Below, in pieces: positions 35,355 to 35,808 of a stretch of DNA of 35,808 bases; within the stretch, counting starts at the first letter, position 1, and each line of letters opens with the position of its first letter. The position numbers and the translations under genes are program-made. Below the pieces are notes generated by a model. It saw only the letters and a program-made list of their open reading frames with translations, was not told the origin of the DNA and did not search any database. Source of the stretch: a virus. Lineage: Duplodnaviria > Caudoviricetes. Where the stretch lies: IMG/VR virus record IMGVR_UViG_3300046786_000603, positions 1 to 35,808 of that record; one strand, given 5' to 3'.

Positions 35355-35808
35355 ATGTCAGCATACGATCAATTTTTGAAAGAAACAAAAAAGACAACAC
35401 CTTCAACAACTCCGAAGATCACTCCCCCTTCTGTTGGAGATTCATCTCAACCGGCAACACCGGCTCTTTCTGCGTATGACAGATTCAAACAAGAAACTTC
35501 AGGAAAGCCTGTTGCTATACCTGAATCAAAAGCAACTACTATAAAAGAAAAGAAAGCTCCTATTCTTGATCGTATAAATGAAAAAGGAGAAAGACTTGGA
35601 GTATCGATGAATGCCGGTATCGTGCAGGGAATCGGTGGACTTTTGAAAGGTCTCAATTGGGTAGGTGATCGTCTATCCGGTGGAGATCGTATTGTCGGAG
35701 AAGCAAATGAAAAATTGCTTCAGTCTCAAATTGACGCACAATCTAAAGTCGCAACTCTTATTGCAGAAAAAAAGAAAAAAGGAGAAGACACTTCAAAGCT
35801 TGTTGCTC
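35355..35808 (+). CDS. N-terminal part of the large polyvalent protein (continues at the window start)
   Basis: MSAYDQFLKE.. open to the end and in frame with 38..5104 through the overlap. Confidence 0.85.
   Translation, partial: MSAYDQFLKETKKTTPSTTPKITPPSVGDSSQPATPALSAYDRFKQETSGKPVAIPESKATTIKEKKAPILDRINEKGERLGVSMNAGIVQGIGGLLKGLNWVGDRLSGGDRIVGEANEKLLQSQIDAQSKVATLIAEKKKKGEDTSKLVA
35678..35808. repeat. Terminal direct repeat copy 2
   Basis: Matches 1-131 with one mismatch. Confidence 0.97.

Noticed and set aside
619-35656. Minus-strand and nested alternative-frame ORFs in the track
   Set aside because: All overlap better-supported + strand genes and show no recognisable motifs.
1-35808. Alternative genetic code (stop-codon reassignment)
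   Set aside because: The standard code gives full-length TerL, portal and capsid and dense packing; TGA and TAG end genes at plausible junctions.

Overview
An apparently complete, circularly permuted ~35.7 kb tailed-phage genome (bases 35678-35808 repeat 1-131). Every credible gene is on the + strand, and I found no integrase, repressor, polymerase or methyltransferase. Gene order: lambda-like replication pair with iterons; Sak4/exonuclease/SSB recombination module; many small accessory genes including a Tad1/Acb2-like sponge; TerS; amidase; initiator-type tRNA(CAT); cysteine protease with a peptidoglycan-binding domain; IF-1; TerL; P22-like portal, scaffold and capsid; podovirus-type tail genes; LysM ejection protein; an 1808-aa polyvalent (ART + zincin + LPD38-like) protein spanning the junction; holin/transglycosylase block. 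SSB, IF-1, the transglycosylase and the PG-binding domain look Parcubacteria (CPR)-like by recollection, and starts lack Shine-Dalgarno motifs. Top observation: the phage initiator tRNA has U37-C38 instead of the usual A37-A38, and start contexts split accordingly. Early genes use TATG, while all 20 ATG starts from IF-1 through the virion block use AATG/GAATG, suggesting an extended-anticodon early-to-late translation switch. Also notable: no Ala-Ala, Gly-Pro or Pro-Gly in the proteins I read (restriction-site avoidance), and DnaA boxes at near-fixed spacing before promoters. All function calls come from motif recognition by eye, not database searches.
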